From assembly GCA_045578385.1 (NCBI GenBank), contig JAZNKD010000027.1:54560-118559 (forward strand): a DNA stretch of 64,000 nucleotides, in the 5' to 3' direction. The notes beneath the pieces are model-generated. The model was not told where the DNA came from, did not search any database, and was given only the letters and a program-made list of their open reading frames with translations. A program made the translations under genes and the position numbers. Positions 37,870 to 48,129 of the stretch are shown here, one piece after another; position 1 is the first letter of the stretch, and each line of letters opens with the position of its first letter. Origin of the DNA: Eubacteriales bacterium. Lineage in GTDB: Bacteria; Bacillota; Clostridia; Oscillospirales; CAG-272.

Positions 37870-39210
37870 ATGCATTACGAAAATATTGACAGTTCTAAAA
37901 ACTCCAGCTGTAAAAACCCCTGTCTAGATACTAACTGCAGCCGTAATCAAACCGCAATTCATCATCACGAGCATAACCGCGAAGAATATCATATCAAGCA
38001 AGGCAAGCTTTCATATTCTCTCGTACGCGCTCTTGCAAAAATTCTTTCACGCATTACGTTTAAAAGAAAGCTCATACGTAACGAAATAAAGGATAAAAAA
38101 GGCCCGTTTATCATAATAGCGAATCACGAGGCAGCTTTGGATTTCGTCAACCTCATAGGAGCAACTAAGCAACCTCTCACATTCGTTATAAGCAATTCAT
38201 TTTACAGCACGCTCCCATTCAAAAGCGTAGTATCAAGACTTGGAATGATTCCTAAACAGCAATTTCAGACCTCTCTTAAGGATATACACAAGATGAAAAC
38301 CGCGATTGAAGACGGAAAAATACTTGTTATATATCCTGCCGGACTTATGTCCGATGACGGAACCCCGACTCCAACCCCCGTTGCAACCTACGGATTTTTA
38401 AAATGGCTAAAAACCGATGTTTACGTAGCAAAAACCTCCGGAACCTATTTTTCAATGCCCAAATGGCGACATGACGGACTACGCGCCGGCAGAACATATA
38501 TGGATATTTACAAGCTCTTTGATAAAGACGAGCTTTCCGAAATGTCTAACGAGGATATCCATTCAATAACGGACAAGGCACTTTCATTTGATGCTTACGA
38601 AGACCAGGAAAATCTGCTGGTTAAATACAAAAACGGTCACAATGTCGAAGGGCTTGAAAACGTGCTTTACAAATGTCCTCACTGCAAAAAGGAATTCACG
38701 ATAAAGGTACGTAACAAGAATATCATATATTGCGAGGAGTGCGGCTACGAGGAAAAATGCGACGAATACGGCTTCTTACACAAGACCTCGGATTGCGGTG
38801 AAGAAATCCGTCACCCTTCAAAGTGGAATAAGCTTATAAACGACGAGCTTCGCACACAAATAGATAGTGGTGAGCTTTCCTGTATCGAATCAACTGTTGA
38901 AGTCCAAATGATACCAAAAGGTAAATCTAAGTTTGCAAAAGCCGGAGAAGCCACACTAAAGCTAACCAAAGACCATCTCACGCTTACGGGAATTATAAAC
39001 GGCGCCGACGAGGAGATAACCATTCATACGTCCTGCTTTGCTTCCCTGCCTTATAAGCCGGGAAAGTATATTGAGGTGCAAAGCGGAGATACTATTTATC
39101 GTTGTCTTCCCGAGAATGGCAGACTTGCAGTAAAGTATGTAAATATGCTGGAAATATTCTATGAAAAGCATAATGCCGAGTGCGAGCGTACGCACGAATG
39201 TAAAAATTAA
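37870..39210 (+). CDS. PlsC-like acyltransferase with C-terminal Zn-ribbon domain
   Basis: NHEAALD (NHX4D), YPAG..S.DG, LYKCPHC..CEEC. Confidence 0.75.
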   Translation: MHYENIDSSKNSSCKNPCLDTNCSRNQTAIHHHEHNREEYHIKQGKLSYSLVRALAKILSRITFKRKLIRNEIKDKKGPFIIIANHEAALDFVNLIGATKQPLTFVISNSFYSTLPFKSVVSRLGMIPKQQFQTSLKDIHKMKTAIEDGKILVIYPAGLMSDDGTPTPTPVATYGFLKWLKTDVYVAKTSGTYFSMPKWRHDGLRAGRTYMDIYKLFDKDELSEMSNEDIHSITDKALSFDAYEDQENLLVKYKNGHNVEGLENVLYKCPHCKKEFTIKVRNKNIIYCEECGYEEKCDEYGFLHKTSDCGEEIRHPSKWNKLINDELRTQIDSGELSCIESTVEVQMIPKGKSKFAKAGEATLKLTKDHLTLTGIINGADEEITIHTSCFASLPYKPGKYIEVQSGDTIYRCLPENGRLAVKYVNMLEIFYEKHNAECERTHECKN

Positions 39211-39237
39211 ACCAACTGTCACGAAAGTATAAAAAGC

Positions 39238-39278
39238 AAAGGACACCGTTTTGAGCTTAAAAAAGCACGGTGTCCTTT
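39238..39278. terminator. bidirectional terminator
   Basis: AAAGGACACCG...CGGTGTCCTTT. Confidence 0.7.
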
Positions 39279-39298
39279 ATTTCATTGAATTTCAGCCC

Positions 39299-40282
39299 TT
39301 AGAATATTCCTATAATTCTTAAGACGTATATGTAAATAAACAGAGTAAAAGCCGATACGAGAGTCGTCCATATAACAAGCTGACCTGCAAGCTCGTAGTC
39401 CGAATCCATTTCCTGCGCCATAGGTACAGAGGAAACTGCAACGGGAGTTCCGAAAACCGCAACCAGTGCGGCAAAGTGCGCGTTCTCAAAGCATCCGAGA
39501 AGAAGCGCAGCTCCTATGCCGATAACAGGGGTTATAACGCATCTTGCAACAGTGCCGGATATTATTTCCTTTTTCATTCCCGACACTGCGAAAAATTCGA
39601 AGTTCGCTCCGAGAACAATAAGTGAAAGCGGCGTTGCAACGGCAGAAAGCTGACCGAGTATTTTATATATCGGGGTTACGTCCGATAGCCTGAATTCTAT
39701 ACCCGTTTTTACAAAAATTGCCCTTAAGGCAAGCACCACCCCGCCTTCCGCAATTGAAACGATAAGCGGATTTTTGACTATTCCCAAAATAATCTTTTTG
39801 AAGCTTACTTTCTCGGTATTTTCACCAGAAAAAATACTCAAAGCAATAACTGCAAGTACATTGAAAAGCGGTATGCAAAACGCAGAAAGAAGCGTTGCGT
39901 AAATTCCGCCCTCATCACCGAAAAGCGAAATGGCAAGCGGTATTCCGACAAGCGCATAATTTGATCTGAACGCCGACTGCAGCAAGGCTCCGCAACGCTT
40001 TTTATCCTTTGTTATAAAACTAAATCCAAGAAGTGCGGCAAAGAAAACGAAAATAACCGCCGCACACACGTAAAAGATGTATCCAAGCTTTATTTCTCCC
40101 ATATTTTCAATGCTGTATACATTCAAAAACAGCATTGCGGGAATAAACACCCTGAAGGCAAGCTTATTCATTTCCCTTGCGCCGCCGGGAGTTATAAATC
40201 CTATTCTCTTAAGAAAATATCCGAGCGCCACAAGAAGTATTATCGGCAAAACCGCATTGAGAGTGAATATAAGATCCGACAT
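39299..40282 (-). CDS. AEC family transporter
   Basis: RSNYALVGIP, KNPLI, PLSLIVLG, PVAVSS..MA; probable ATG 40282. Confidence 0.85.
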   Translation of the reverse strand: MSDLIFTLNAVLPIILLVALGYFLKRIGFITPGGAREMNKLAFRVFIPAMLFLNVYSIENMGEIKLGYIFYVCAAVIFVFFAALLGFSFITKDKKRCGALLQSAFRSNYALVGIPLAISLFGDEGGIYATLLSAFCIPLFNVLAVIALSIFSGENTEKVSFKKIILGIVKNPLIVSIAEGGVVLALRAIFVKTGIEFRLSDVTPIYKILGQLSAVATPLSLIVLGANFEFFAVSGMKKEIISGTVARCVITPVIGIGAALLLGCFENAHFAALVAVFGTPVAVSSVPMAQEMDSDYELAGQLVIWTTLVSAFTLFIYIYVLRIIGIF

Positions 40283-40488
40283 AAGTACGCCCTTCGTTAG
40301 AGTTGTATGCTTAAAGCCGTTTTTATAATAACATAAAATACGCCTAAGTATAACACTTTTATTGACTTTTATAAATATCTGTGCTAAAATATCTTTGATG
40401 CGGAAAGATTTGTTTTCACATAACAAACGACGCAGAGACGAATATTTATTAAAAATACTGAAAACATCAAGCCGAGAGGGAGAGAAAA

Positions 40489-42453
40489 ATGAGGCAGATT
40501 TATAAAAACAACCCTATGAATGCGCCGAGACTTGACACAGATAAAGTCTTTGCGGATTATGAAACTGAATACAAATTCAGAGGCTTTATAGACGAGGCTT
40601 TTGAATTCATCGAAGATTTTCAGTTGTTGAATCCAACGATGTGGGAAAGATTCGTCAGACAGTTCCGCGAGGAAGATGCCGACTACGAGGGCGGCTGGCG
40701 CGGTGAATACTGGGGAAAATGTATGCGCGGAGCAGCTTTTGTTTACGCCTATACGAAAAACCCTAAGCTTTACGAGGTTATGGCTGCAACAGTGCGCGAT
40801 ATGATTGCAAGCGCAAGAGAATCCGAAGGCGGAAGAATCAGCAGCTACGGCATTTCTCACGAATTCTGCCACTGGGATATATGGTCAAGAAAATACGTTC
40901 TTCTCGGTATGCAATATTTCTATGAAGTATGCAATGACGAAAGCCTTCGCCGCGATATCGTGGCATCTATGCGTACCCAAGCAGATTGCATTATAGAAAA
41001 GATAGGTCCGAGCGCGGAAGGCAAAAAGCCTATAGCTAAAGCCTCTCATCACTGGCGCGGTCTGAATTCCTCTTCCCTGCTTGAGCCTATGGTAAGGCTT
41101 TACACTCTCACGGGCGAAAAGAAGTATTTTGATTTCGCAAAGTACATAGTTGACGCCGGCGGAACGGATATAGTCAACATATTTGAGCTTGCGTATAATA
41201 ACGACTTTTCTCCTTATCAGTATCCCGTTACCAAGGCTTACGAGATGACTTCCTGCTTCGAGGGGCTTCTCGAATTCTACAGAATAACGGGTATCGAAAA
41301 ATACAAAACCGCAATAGTAAATTTTGCAGATAAAATTCTCGAAACCGACTTCACGGTTATCGGCTGCTGCGGATGCACGCACGAGCTTTTCGACCACTCT
41401 ACAGTTCGCCAGGCAAATACGACCAACGATTTCGTTATGCAGGAAACCTGCGTTACCGTAACGCTTATGAAGTTTTTCTATCAGCTTCATATTCTTACAG
41501 GCGACCCTAAGTACGTTGACGCATTCGAAACCTCGCTTTACAACGCTTACCTCGGCTCTGTCAATACCGAAAAGGTTATAGAGCCTACTCTGCACGAGGA
41601 GCATCCCGATTGGATACTCGAGCCCCTGCCGTTTGACAGCTACAGCCCTCTTACCGCGGGAACAAGAGGAAAGAAAATCGGCGGACTTAAGGTTATGTCC
41701 GATAAGCATTATTACGGCTGCTGTGCGTGTATCGGTGCTGCAGGTATCGGTCTTGTTACAAAGCTCGGCGCTCTTATCTCTCCCGAGGCGATAATTCTCA
41801 ACCTTTATATAGACGGTGAAATAAAGCTTTCGCTGCCCTCAGGCTCGCCTCTCACTTTAAAGCTCGGCACCGACTATCCGAGAAGCGGTAGCGTAAGTGT
41901 TACTCTCGGGCTTGAAAAGCCGGAAGCATTTAAGCTTCTGCTGCGTAATCCCGTATGGAGCAAAACCACCGCAGTTAGCGTAAACGGTACTGCGTGTGAA
42001 GTTTCGGACGGTTATATTGTTATTGACAGAGAATTTGCAGACGGCGATGAAGTAAATCTTCAGCTCGATATGAGAACTCAGGCAATACTTCCTATTCCCT
42101 ACGGCGAGCAGATACTCATAAACGAAGTTATCTGGGGGGCAAACTATATGATTCCCACCTTTGACAGAGAGGACCCCATAGCGCATAGACATATAGCGCT
42201 CCGCCGCGGTCCCGTTATGCTCGCGCAGGAAAACAGACTTGGCTACTCGGTAGACGACCCTATCGAAGTAGACGTTAACTCCGACGGATACGTTGCCGTT
42301 GAAATTTCGGACGGCAAGTCCCCTTACAAATGCATTGTTGAAGCAAAGGTTCCGCTCGCAGACGGCTCAAAAATGCTCGTCACCGATTACGCATCGGCAG
42401 GAAAGCTTTGGACTGACGAGAGTAAAATGGCAGTCTGGATGCTCACAAAGTAA
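40489..42453 (+). CDS. GH127 family beta-L-arabinofuranosidase-like glycosidase
   Basis: KAYEM, QETC, YGCC (Zn/Cys site), LR.P.W, LRRGP. Confidence 0.8.
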   Translation: MRQIYKNNPMNAPRLDTDKVFADYETEYKFRGFIDEAFEFIEDFQLLNPTMWERFVRQFREEDADYEGGWRGEYWGKCMRGAAFVYAYTKNPKLYEVMAATVRDMIASARESEGGRISSYGISHEFCHWDIWSRKYVLLGMQYFYEVCNDESLRRDIVASMRTQADCIIEKIGPSAEGKKPIAKASHHWRGLNSSSLLEPMVRLYTLTGEKKYFDFAKYIVDAGGTDIVNIFELAYNNDFSPYQYPVTKAYEMTSCFEGLLEFYRITGIEKYKTAIVNFADKILETDFTVIGCCGCTHELFDHSTVRQANTTNDFVMQETCVTVTLMKFFYQLHILTGDPKYVDAFETSLYNAYLGSVNTEKVIEPTLHEEHPDWILEPLPFDSYSPLTAGTRGKKIGGLKVMSDKHYYGCCACIGAAGIGLVTKLGALISPEAIILNLYIDGEIKLSLPSGSPLTLKLGTDYPRSGSVSVTLGLEKPEAFKLLLRNPVWSKTTAVSVNGTACEVSDGYIVIDREFADGDEVNLQLDMRTQAILPIPYGEQILINEVIWGANYMIPTFDREDPIAHRHIALRRGPVMLAQENRLGYSVDDPIEVDVNSDGYVAVEISDGKSPYKCIVEAKVPLADGSKMLVTDYASAGKLWTDESKMAVWMLTK

Positions 42454-42503
42454 ATAATTGTTTTCAAAATAAGCAAATTATCACATTTTAATTAATATAC
42501 ACA

Positions 42504-42547
42504 AAACGAGATAGATACCGCAAACAGTGTCTATCTCGTTTCGTTTT
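42504..42547. terminator. bidirectional terminator
   Basis: AAAACGAGATAGATAC...GTGTCTATCTCGTTTCGTTTT. Confidence 0.65.
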
Positions 42548-42609
42548 ATAAGTTAAAAATATCTTCCGGATTAAAATAACAACAGTTTTTAAGCTTTAAT
42601 TTCAAAAAA

Positions 42610-43080
42610 TCAAGCTTTGGAAAGAGGTTTCACAAAGCCCTCGGGGTCGCCCGATGAAATATCGCAACCTATTACTCTGTTTCTATAGACGAGAAGATTT
42701 ACGAATACTGCGCCGTCGTATTCTTCGTAACCGTCTATTTCATAGGTGTATCTTTTAACCTTCTTTTTCGCATATTTCGAAAGGTCGAGCCCCTGCGCCT
42801 TCTGAATTTCATTATAACCCATTATAACTCTATCAAAGTTTTCGGGCATAACGAAGTCGCATTCTTCGCAGGCAGCCCCTTTTACCTTAAGACCGAATTG
42901 CTCTATAAATGCAACTCTGTCATCTTCGCTTTTTATATCCGAAAAATTCACTTTGCCATCGGGCGCGTTTGCCGCAAGAACCGTATCTCCGGAAATAAGA
43001 ATTCCGATGAGTACAGCAAAAACCAATGCCAGAATCGCAAAAAATTTGACGGTTGATGCTCTGACTGATAATATAAACAT
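42610..43080 (-). CDS. DUF4830-like protein
   Basis: R..F..QFG..V, P..FD.V..GYNEIQK.QG.DLSKY, YTYEI, LLVY...VIG.DI; AGGAG RBS. Confidence 0.75.
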   Translation of the reverse strand: MFILSVRASTVKFFAILALVFAVLIGILISGDTVLAANAPDGKVNFSDIKSEDDRVAFIEQFGLKVKGAACEECDFVMPENFDRVIMGYNEIQKAQGLDLSKYAKKKVKRYTYEIDGYEEYDGAVFVNLLVYRNRVIGCDISSGDPEGFVKPLSKA

Positions 43081-43129
43081 AACAAAACTCCTTTTTATGC
43101 TTTTGTTAAAGTATATTTTCTTTAAGTCT

Positions 43130-43155
43130 AATATATGCAAAAAAGAGAGCTCGGT
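43130..43155 (-). promoter_or_regulatory. sporulation sigma (sigma-K-like) promoter
   Basis: Minus strand AC-N16-CATATATT. Confidence 0.45.
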
Positions 43156-43226
43156 TTTTATTTTTTCAAAAAAGAGAGCCGCCTCGGCTCACGCCTTGGC
43201 AGCTCCCTTTTTTAATTGTGTAAGAC

Positions 43227-43322
43227 TTAATTGCAGCAGCAGCAAAAAACAAGAATTATAGCGAGAATTATAATCCATGTGCAGTTATCATCGAAAAGAT
43301 GGCATAAGCAATTATTGTTCAT
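43227..43322 (-). CDS. 31-aa Cys-rich single-TM peptide (not in ORF track)
   Basis: MNNNCLCHLFDDNCTWIIILAIILVFCCCCN; GGAGGA RBS; followed by hairpin at about 43168-43213. Confidence 0.75.
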   Translation of the reverse strand: MNNNCLCHLFDDNCTWIIILAIILVFCCCCN

Positions 43323-43363
43323 ATATGTTCCTCCAAGGTGTCATTTGAGCTATGCTCATTAGC

Positions 43364-43389
43364 ATATTATGCGCCCGGAGTTTTTTTGT
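43364..43389 (-). promoter_or_regulatory. sporulation sigma (sigma-K-like) promoter
   Basis: Minus strand AC-N16-CATAATAT. Confidence 0.5.
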
Positions 43390-43482
43390 TACAGCTGTAA
43401 ATAATTTGAGTTACGGAGTATTTTAAGGCTTTATTCCGTAAGAAAGCAGCATCTTGAAAGCTTTTCGGTATTGCTTTTAAAA

Positions 43483-45609
43483 TCAACTGAAATCAAATAC
43501 CGCGGCTCCGTCCTTCAGCACCAGTCTCGCCTCAAAGGATTTTCCCGCCTTTGAGATAAACCCTCTCATTTTTATGGTTGACCCTCCCGAAAGAAGTCTG
43601 ATAACCTCAGTTTTCGGAATGGTTTTCTTGCAAATTGTGATTCCCACTCTGAATTGGCATCCGTTACCGTAGCCCATACAGCCGTAGCTCTGCTTACCGC
43701 GGACGACGTTGCTTCCGCATACGGGGCATTTGCCGAGTATTTCTCCGTATTCTCCGGTGTCCACAGCGCGCGACTTCGGTAATGAATCCACGCCGCCGCG
43801 CTTGAAGATTTCGGAAATTTCTCCCTCGCAAAGCTTTACGCTCTCATCAACCGTCATCTCACCGCGATAAACACGCTTCAACGCTTTTCCAAGCTCGCTC
43901 GTCTTATATTTATCCATAGTAATAGACATTTTTTCAAGAGATTCTATTAGATACTCTCCGTCGGGAAGTATCGTATATACGTCTTTTTTGAGGTCTATAT
44001 AGCCCGAACGCTTGGCGTTATCTATAATACCCGTTCTCGTAGCCTCTGTTCCAAGCTCAAGACCCTCGAATATAGCGCGGTACTCCTCGGCATCGTCTAC
44101 CTCGCCGCTTTCAGCAAGCTCCTTTGCTTTTGCTTTATCGTCCTTAAAGGGATTTTTGAGATATTTATTCAGCGTTTCTATAGTGTAATGCTTAGGGGGA
44201 GTGGTCTGCTTTTCGGCAGGAGCGAAGTTAATATTTACGCTTTCTCCGAGCAGAAGCTTCGGCAATACCTTATCCTTTGTATTATAATCGTCATACTTCG
44301 TCCAACCGGGCGTTAAAATAACGGTTCCCTTAAGACTGAATTCCTCAAGCTCCCCTACCTTAATGCGAATTTCACTCTTTTCCGCGAGGCACTCCTCAGC
44401 GCAGAATACTGCGACGAAGCGTCTGAGAACCGTGGAATAAACCTGCTTTTCCTTTTCAGAAAGCTTATCGACGGCGGGAATTTTATAGGTAGGCGTCAAT
44501 GCTGAATGCGATTCGATTTTTGAATCGTCAAATATATATTTTGAGTCCTTAAAGCGCACGGGATAACCGAGCTTACCTACGTTTACGAGTATTTTGCGTA
44601 TCTTATCCTTTTCTGCCGTGGCAAGATATTCGGAGTTAGTTCTTGGATAGGTAAGATATCCTTCCTCGTAAAGCTTCTGAATTATTTTAAGGCTTTCAGC
44701 CATACTCATTTTATACTTTTTGCCGAGGACGTTCTGAAGCGTCGAAAGAGAATAAAGCTTACCGGGAAGAATCGTATCCTTTTTGCTTTCAACGTGCGAA
44801 ACGTATGCACCCGTGTCATTATAAAGCTTTGCCAAAGACTCTGCCGATGCAAAATCGTCAAACGCGAATTTGGCTTTTCCCGTAAGCTCTATTTTTTCAC
44901 CCTTAGTCTTTTCTTGCGAATGAATAACGTAATATTTTTCGGGCTTGAAATTCCTTATTTCAAGGTCTCTTTCATATATCGCTCTTACAATAGGCACTAT
45001 AACTCTGCCTACTCTGAGAAGCTTTCCTGAACGGATAGTGGCATATCGTGTTAAGTTTACACCGTAAAGCCAGTCAATGAACGTACGCGCGAAGCCCTCG
45101 TTTGCAAGACTGTCATACTCAGTCTCCTCCTTCATTTCGGTAAGCGCTCGCGCCACCGTTTCGGGAGTCTGGTCGGGAAGCCAGAGTCTGAGAAGCGTTT
45201 TCTTGCTCTTAAGAGCGTTCATAACGCAGAGTCTTACGATAATTTCACCCTCGCGGTCTGCGTCGCCCGCGTTTACGATAGCGTCAACGTCGGGACGGTT
45301 GCAAAGCTTTTCGAGAATTTTGTACTGACGCATAACACCGGAATCAACCTCATGCTTACCGTCTGCCTTTTTAAGCTCAAATTTGAATTCACTCGGAAAG
45401 CACGGTAAATTATCAAGAGTCCACCCTTTCGACTCTAACGGCTTATCCGAATAGGATTCTATGTCAACGAGCGAAAAAAGATGCCCAAACGCCCAGCTTA
45501 CGATATAATTCTTACCGATGAAATATCCGCTTTCTTTTTTCATCTCGCCGTCGATACCTGCTACTATATTTCTCGCAAGACTCGGTTTTTCGGCTATTAT
45601 AAGCTTCAT
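43483..45609 (-). CDS. topB: type IA DNA topoisomerase (Topo III-like)
   Basis: IAEKPS, GHL, D.DREGE, GRV..P, LTYPRT catalytic Tyr, LGTEATR, C-terminal CPVCG. Confidence 0.88.
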   Translation of the reverse strand: MKLIIAEKPSLARNIVAGIDGEMKKESGYFIGKNYIVSWAFGHLFSLVDIESYSDKPLESKGWTLDNLPCFPSEFKFELKKADGKHEVDSGVMRQYKILEKLCNRPDVDAIVNAGDADREGEIIVRLCVMNALKSKKTLLRLWLPDQTPETVARALTEMKEETEYDSLANEGFARTFIDWLYGVNLTRYATIRSGKLLRVGRVIVPIVRAIYERDLEIRNFKPEKYYVIHSQEKTKGEKIELTGKAKFAFDDFASAESLAKLYNDTGAYVSHVESKKDTILPGKLYSLSTLQNVLGKKYKMSMAESLKIIQKLYEEGYLTYPRTNSEYLATAEKDKIRKILVNVGKLGYPVRFKDSKYIFDDSKIESHSALTPTYKIPAVDKLSEKEKQVYSTVLRRFVAVFCAEECLAEKSEIRIKVGELEEFSLKGTVILTPGWTKYDDYNTKDKVLPKLLLGESVNINFAPAEKQTTPPKHYTIETLNKYLKNPFKDDKAKAKELAESGEVDDAEEYRAIFEGLELGTEATRTGIIDNAKRSGYIDLKKDVYTILPDGEYLIESLEKMSITMDKYKTSELGKALKRVYRGEMTVDESVKLCEGEISEIFKRGGVDSLPKSRAVDTGEYGEILGKCPVCGSNVVRGKQSYGCMGYGNGCQFRVGITICKKTIPKTEVIRLLSGGSTIKMRGFISKAGKSFEARLVLKDGAAVFDFS

Positions 45610-45879
45610 CTTTCGCTCTCCTCTCTACGCTGTTTTTTATATGGATTTTTAACGTCGCTTTTACATTGTATCATATTATTTCGAAAAATTCCACCCTTAA
45701 TTCCATTTTTAACAATTTCTTCAAATAAAAACGGAGAATCGAGGAAAAGCAGATGTAAATATACACAAATTTTTTTGGCAATATGCTGTTTTTCGGAAAT
45801 TCGCTTTTATTTGCGCGCGTTTTATGATATAATTTTTACAATATAATGCTTATAAATATAAACTTCAGCGAGGTAAGTT

Positions 45880-46467
45880 ATGGCAAAGCTTTATTTCAAA
45901 TACGGAGCTATGGGCTCTTCAAAGACGGCGCAAGCCCTTATTACAAAATTCAACTATGAAGAACGCGGTATGAAGGTATGGCTTATTAAACCGTCGATTG
46001 ACGACCGCGACGGAGCTGCCACTATAAAATCAAGGGTAGGTCTTACGGAAGAATGCACTGCCGTTGATAAAAAGGATAATCTTTTTGAAATTTTCACAAA
46101 CGAAAGAATTGAAGCCGACGTAGTTATAGCCGACGAATGCCAATTCTTTACAACTGAGCAGATAGACTCCCTTAGAAAAATAGTTGACGAATATGACGTT
46201 CCCGTTTTATGCTTTGGCTTGCGTACCGACTTTCTCTCTCATCTTTTTGAGGGAAGCAGGCGACTTTTCGAAGTAGCTGATTCGATTGCCGAAATAAAGA
46301 CCATTTGCGAATGCGGAAGCAAAGCCACGATAAACGCAAGACTAGACGGCGAGGGCAGAGTCGTTACCGAGGGAAGCCAGGTAATGATAGGCGGTAACGA
46401 AAGCTATATCGCTATGTGCCATAGATGCTGGAAAAAGAAAATCGCAAGGCAAAATTCCGAAAAATAA
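45880..46467 (+). CDS. tdk: thymidine kinase
   Basis: [33 protein letters not shown]. Confidence 0.95.
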   Translation: MAKLYFKYGAMGSSKTAQALITKFNYEERGMKVWLIKPSIDDRDGAATIKSRVGLTEECTAVDKKDNLFEIFTNERIEADVVIADECQFFTTEQIDSLRKIVDEYDVPVLCFGLRTDFLSHLFEGSRRLFEVADSIAEIKTICECGSKATINARLDGEGRVVTEGSQVMIGGNESYIAMCHRCWKKKIARQNSEK

Positions 46468-46513
46468 CAATAGTTGTTTACAAAATAATCTTGCCGTAAG
46501 AAAGGGAAACGAA

Positions 46514-47182
46514 ATGAACATTAAAGACATACTTTCAAGGTGCGACCACACCCTGCTTTCGCAGAGCGCTACCTGGGATGATATAAAGGCAATCTGCGAC
46601 GACGGTATAAAATATGCAACCGCATCGGTTTGTATTCCCCCGTCGTTCGTTAAGGAAGCTAAAGAGTACGTTAAGGATAATCTGGCAATATGTACCGTCA
46701 TCGGATTCCCCAACGGATATAACACCGCCGCGGTTAAGGTTTTTGAAACCGCCGACGCTATAAAAAACGGAGCTGATGAAATAGATATGGTTATCAATAT
46801 CGGCGACCTTAAGGCTAAAAAATATGACGCTATAACAGAGGAAATAAAGGCTATAAAGGCCGCGTGCGGCGAAAAGATACTTAAGGTTATTATCGAAACC
46901 TGCCTGCTTACGAATGAAGAAAAGATAAAGATGTGCGAAATAGTTACGGCGGCCGGCGCAGATTATATAAAAACTTCCACAGGATTCTCCACTGCGGGCG
47001 CTACGAAAGAGGACGTTGAAATTTTTGCAACGCACGTAGGCGAGGGCGTTCTCATAAAGGCTGCGGGCGGTATCGCATCTCTTGCCGATGCCGAGGACTT
47101 CATAGCGCTCGGAGCATCAAGACTCGGAACGAGCCGTATCGTAAAAATCGCCAAGAACGATTCCGGGGCTACAGGATATTAA
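46514..47182 (+). CDS. deoC: deoxyribose-phosphate aldolase
   Basis: [36 protein letters not shown]. Confidence 0.96.
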   Translation: MNIKDILSRCDHTLLSQSATWDDIKAICDDGIKYATASVCIPPSFVKEAKEYVKDNLAICTVIGFPNGYNTAAVKVFETADAIKNGADEIDMVINIGDLKAKKYDAITEEIKAIKAACGEKILKVIIETCLLTNEEKIKMCEIVTAAGADYIKTSTGFSTAGATKEDVEIFATHVGEGVLIKAAGGIASLADAEDFIALGASRLGTSRIVKIAKNDSGATGY

Positions 47183-47337
47183 GACGAAGCAAATCGGAGC
47201 GTTTCGGAATATTAAGATTAAGCGCTCCAAGCGCTGCAGAGTATGGAATAAGCTTAATCAAAGCATTTTGGGATACCGATATAAATGGTTTTTAAGTCGC
47301 GCTACCCATACGAGTATTATTAAAAGGAGAAACAAAT

Positions 47338-48063
47338 ATGTCAGAACAGTATACACCTCATATAAAAGCAACAAGCGCGGATTTCGCTAAAACGGTTCTT
47401 ATGCCCGGCGACCCGCTTCGCTCTAAATTCGTTGCCGAAACCTTTCTCGAAAATCCGCGTCTCATAAATAATGTGCGCGGTATTCAGGGATATACGGGAA
47501 CTTACAAGGGGGTACCCGTGTCTGTTATGGCAAGCGGCATGGGTATGCCGTCTATCGGTATATATTCATACGAGCTTTTCAATTTCTTCGGAGTTGAAAA
47601 TATTATCAGAATAGGCTCCGCGGGCGGTCTTGCAGACGACGTACAGCTCCGCGACGTTATTATAGGAATGGGCGCTTGCACAAACTCAAACTACCAGGAC
47701 CAATATAACCTCGGCGGCAATTTTTCTCCTATCGCAAGCTTCAAAATGCTCGAGCTGGCGGTTGCAGAGGCAAGAGCGCTTGGCATTCGCTATCAGGTAG
47801 GAAATCTTCTCTCGTCCGACGTTTTCTATAACGCTAACCCCAACTTTAACGACGGTTGGTATAAGATGGGCGTTCTCGGCGTTGAGATGGAAGCTGCCGC
47901 ACTCTATATGAACGCAGCTGCGGCAGGTAAGAACGCGCTTGCTATCTGCACGGTTTCCGACCACATTTTGAGGGGCGAGGCACTTGATTCGGACGCAAGA
48001 CAGACCTCGTTTACCGATATGATGAAGATTGCGCTTGAGGTTGCAATCAAAATGCAGAAATAA
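47338..48063 (+). CDS. deoD: purine-nucleoside phosphorylase
   Basis: TPHI.A, MPGDPLR, GMGMPSIGIY, VEMEAA. Confidence 0.95.
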   Translation: MSEQYTPHIKATSADFAKTVLMPGDPLRSKFVAETFLENPRLINNVRGIQGYTGTYKGVPVSVMASGMGMPSIGIYSYELFNFFGVENIIRIGSAGGLADDVQLRDVIIGMGACTNSNYQDQYNLGGNFSPIASFKMLELAVAEARALGIRYQVGNLLSSDVFYNANPNFNDGWYKMGVLGVEMEAAALYMNAAAAGKNALAICTVSDHILRGEALDSDARQTSFTDMMKIALEVAIKMQK

Positions 48064-48129
48064 GAGCTTGAACGCTTACACGGCGGATAAAGCAGTTTTT
48101 CCGTTTTACCTATCTGAAAGGAAAATTTA

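Noticed and set aside
43483..45609. Topo III as a sign of a conjugative element
   Set aside because: No relaxase, T4SS or integrase nearby; flanked by housekeeping genes.
47183..47337. Possible purine riboswitch before deoD (GTATGG...CCATAC could close a multi-stem)
   Set aside because: Lacks the purine-riboswitch core (UUUCUAC junction, kissing-loop sequences), and the inner stems are only 3-4 bp.
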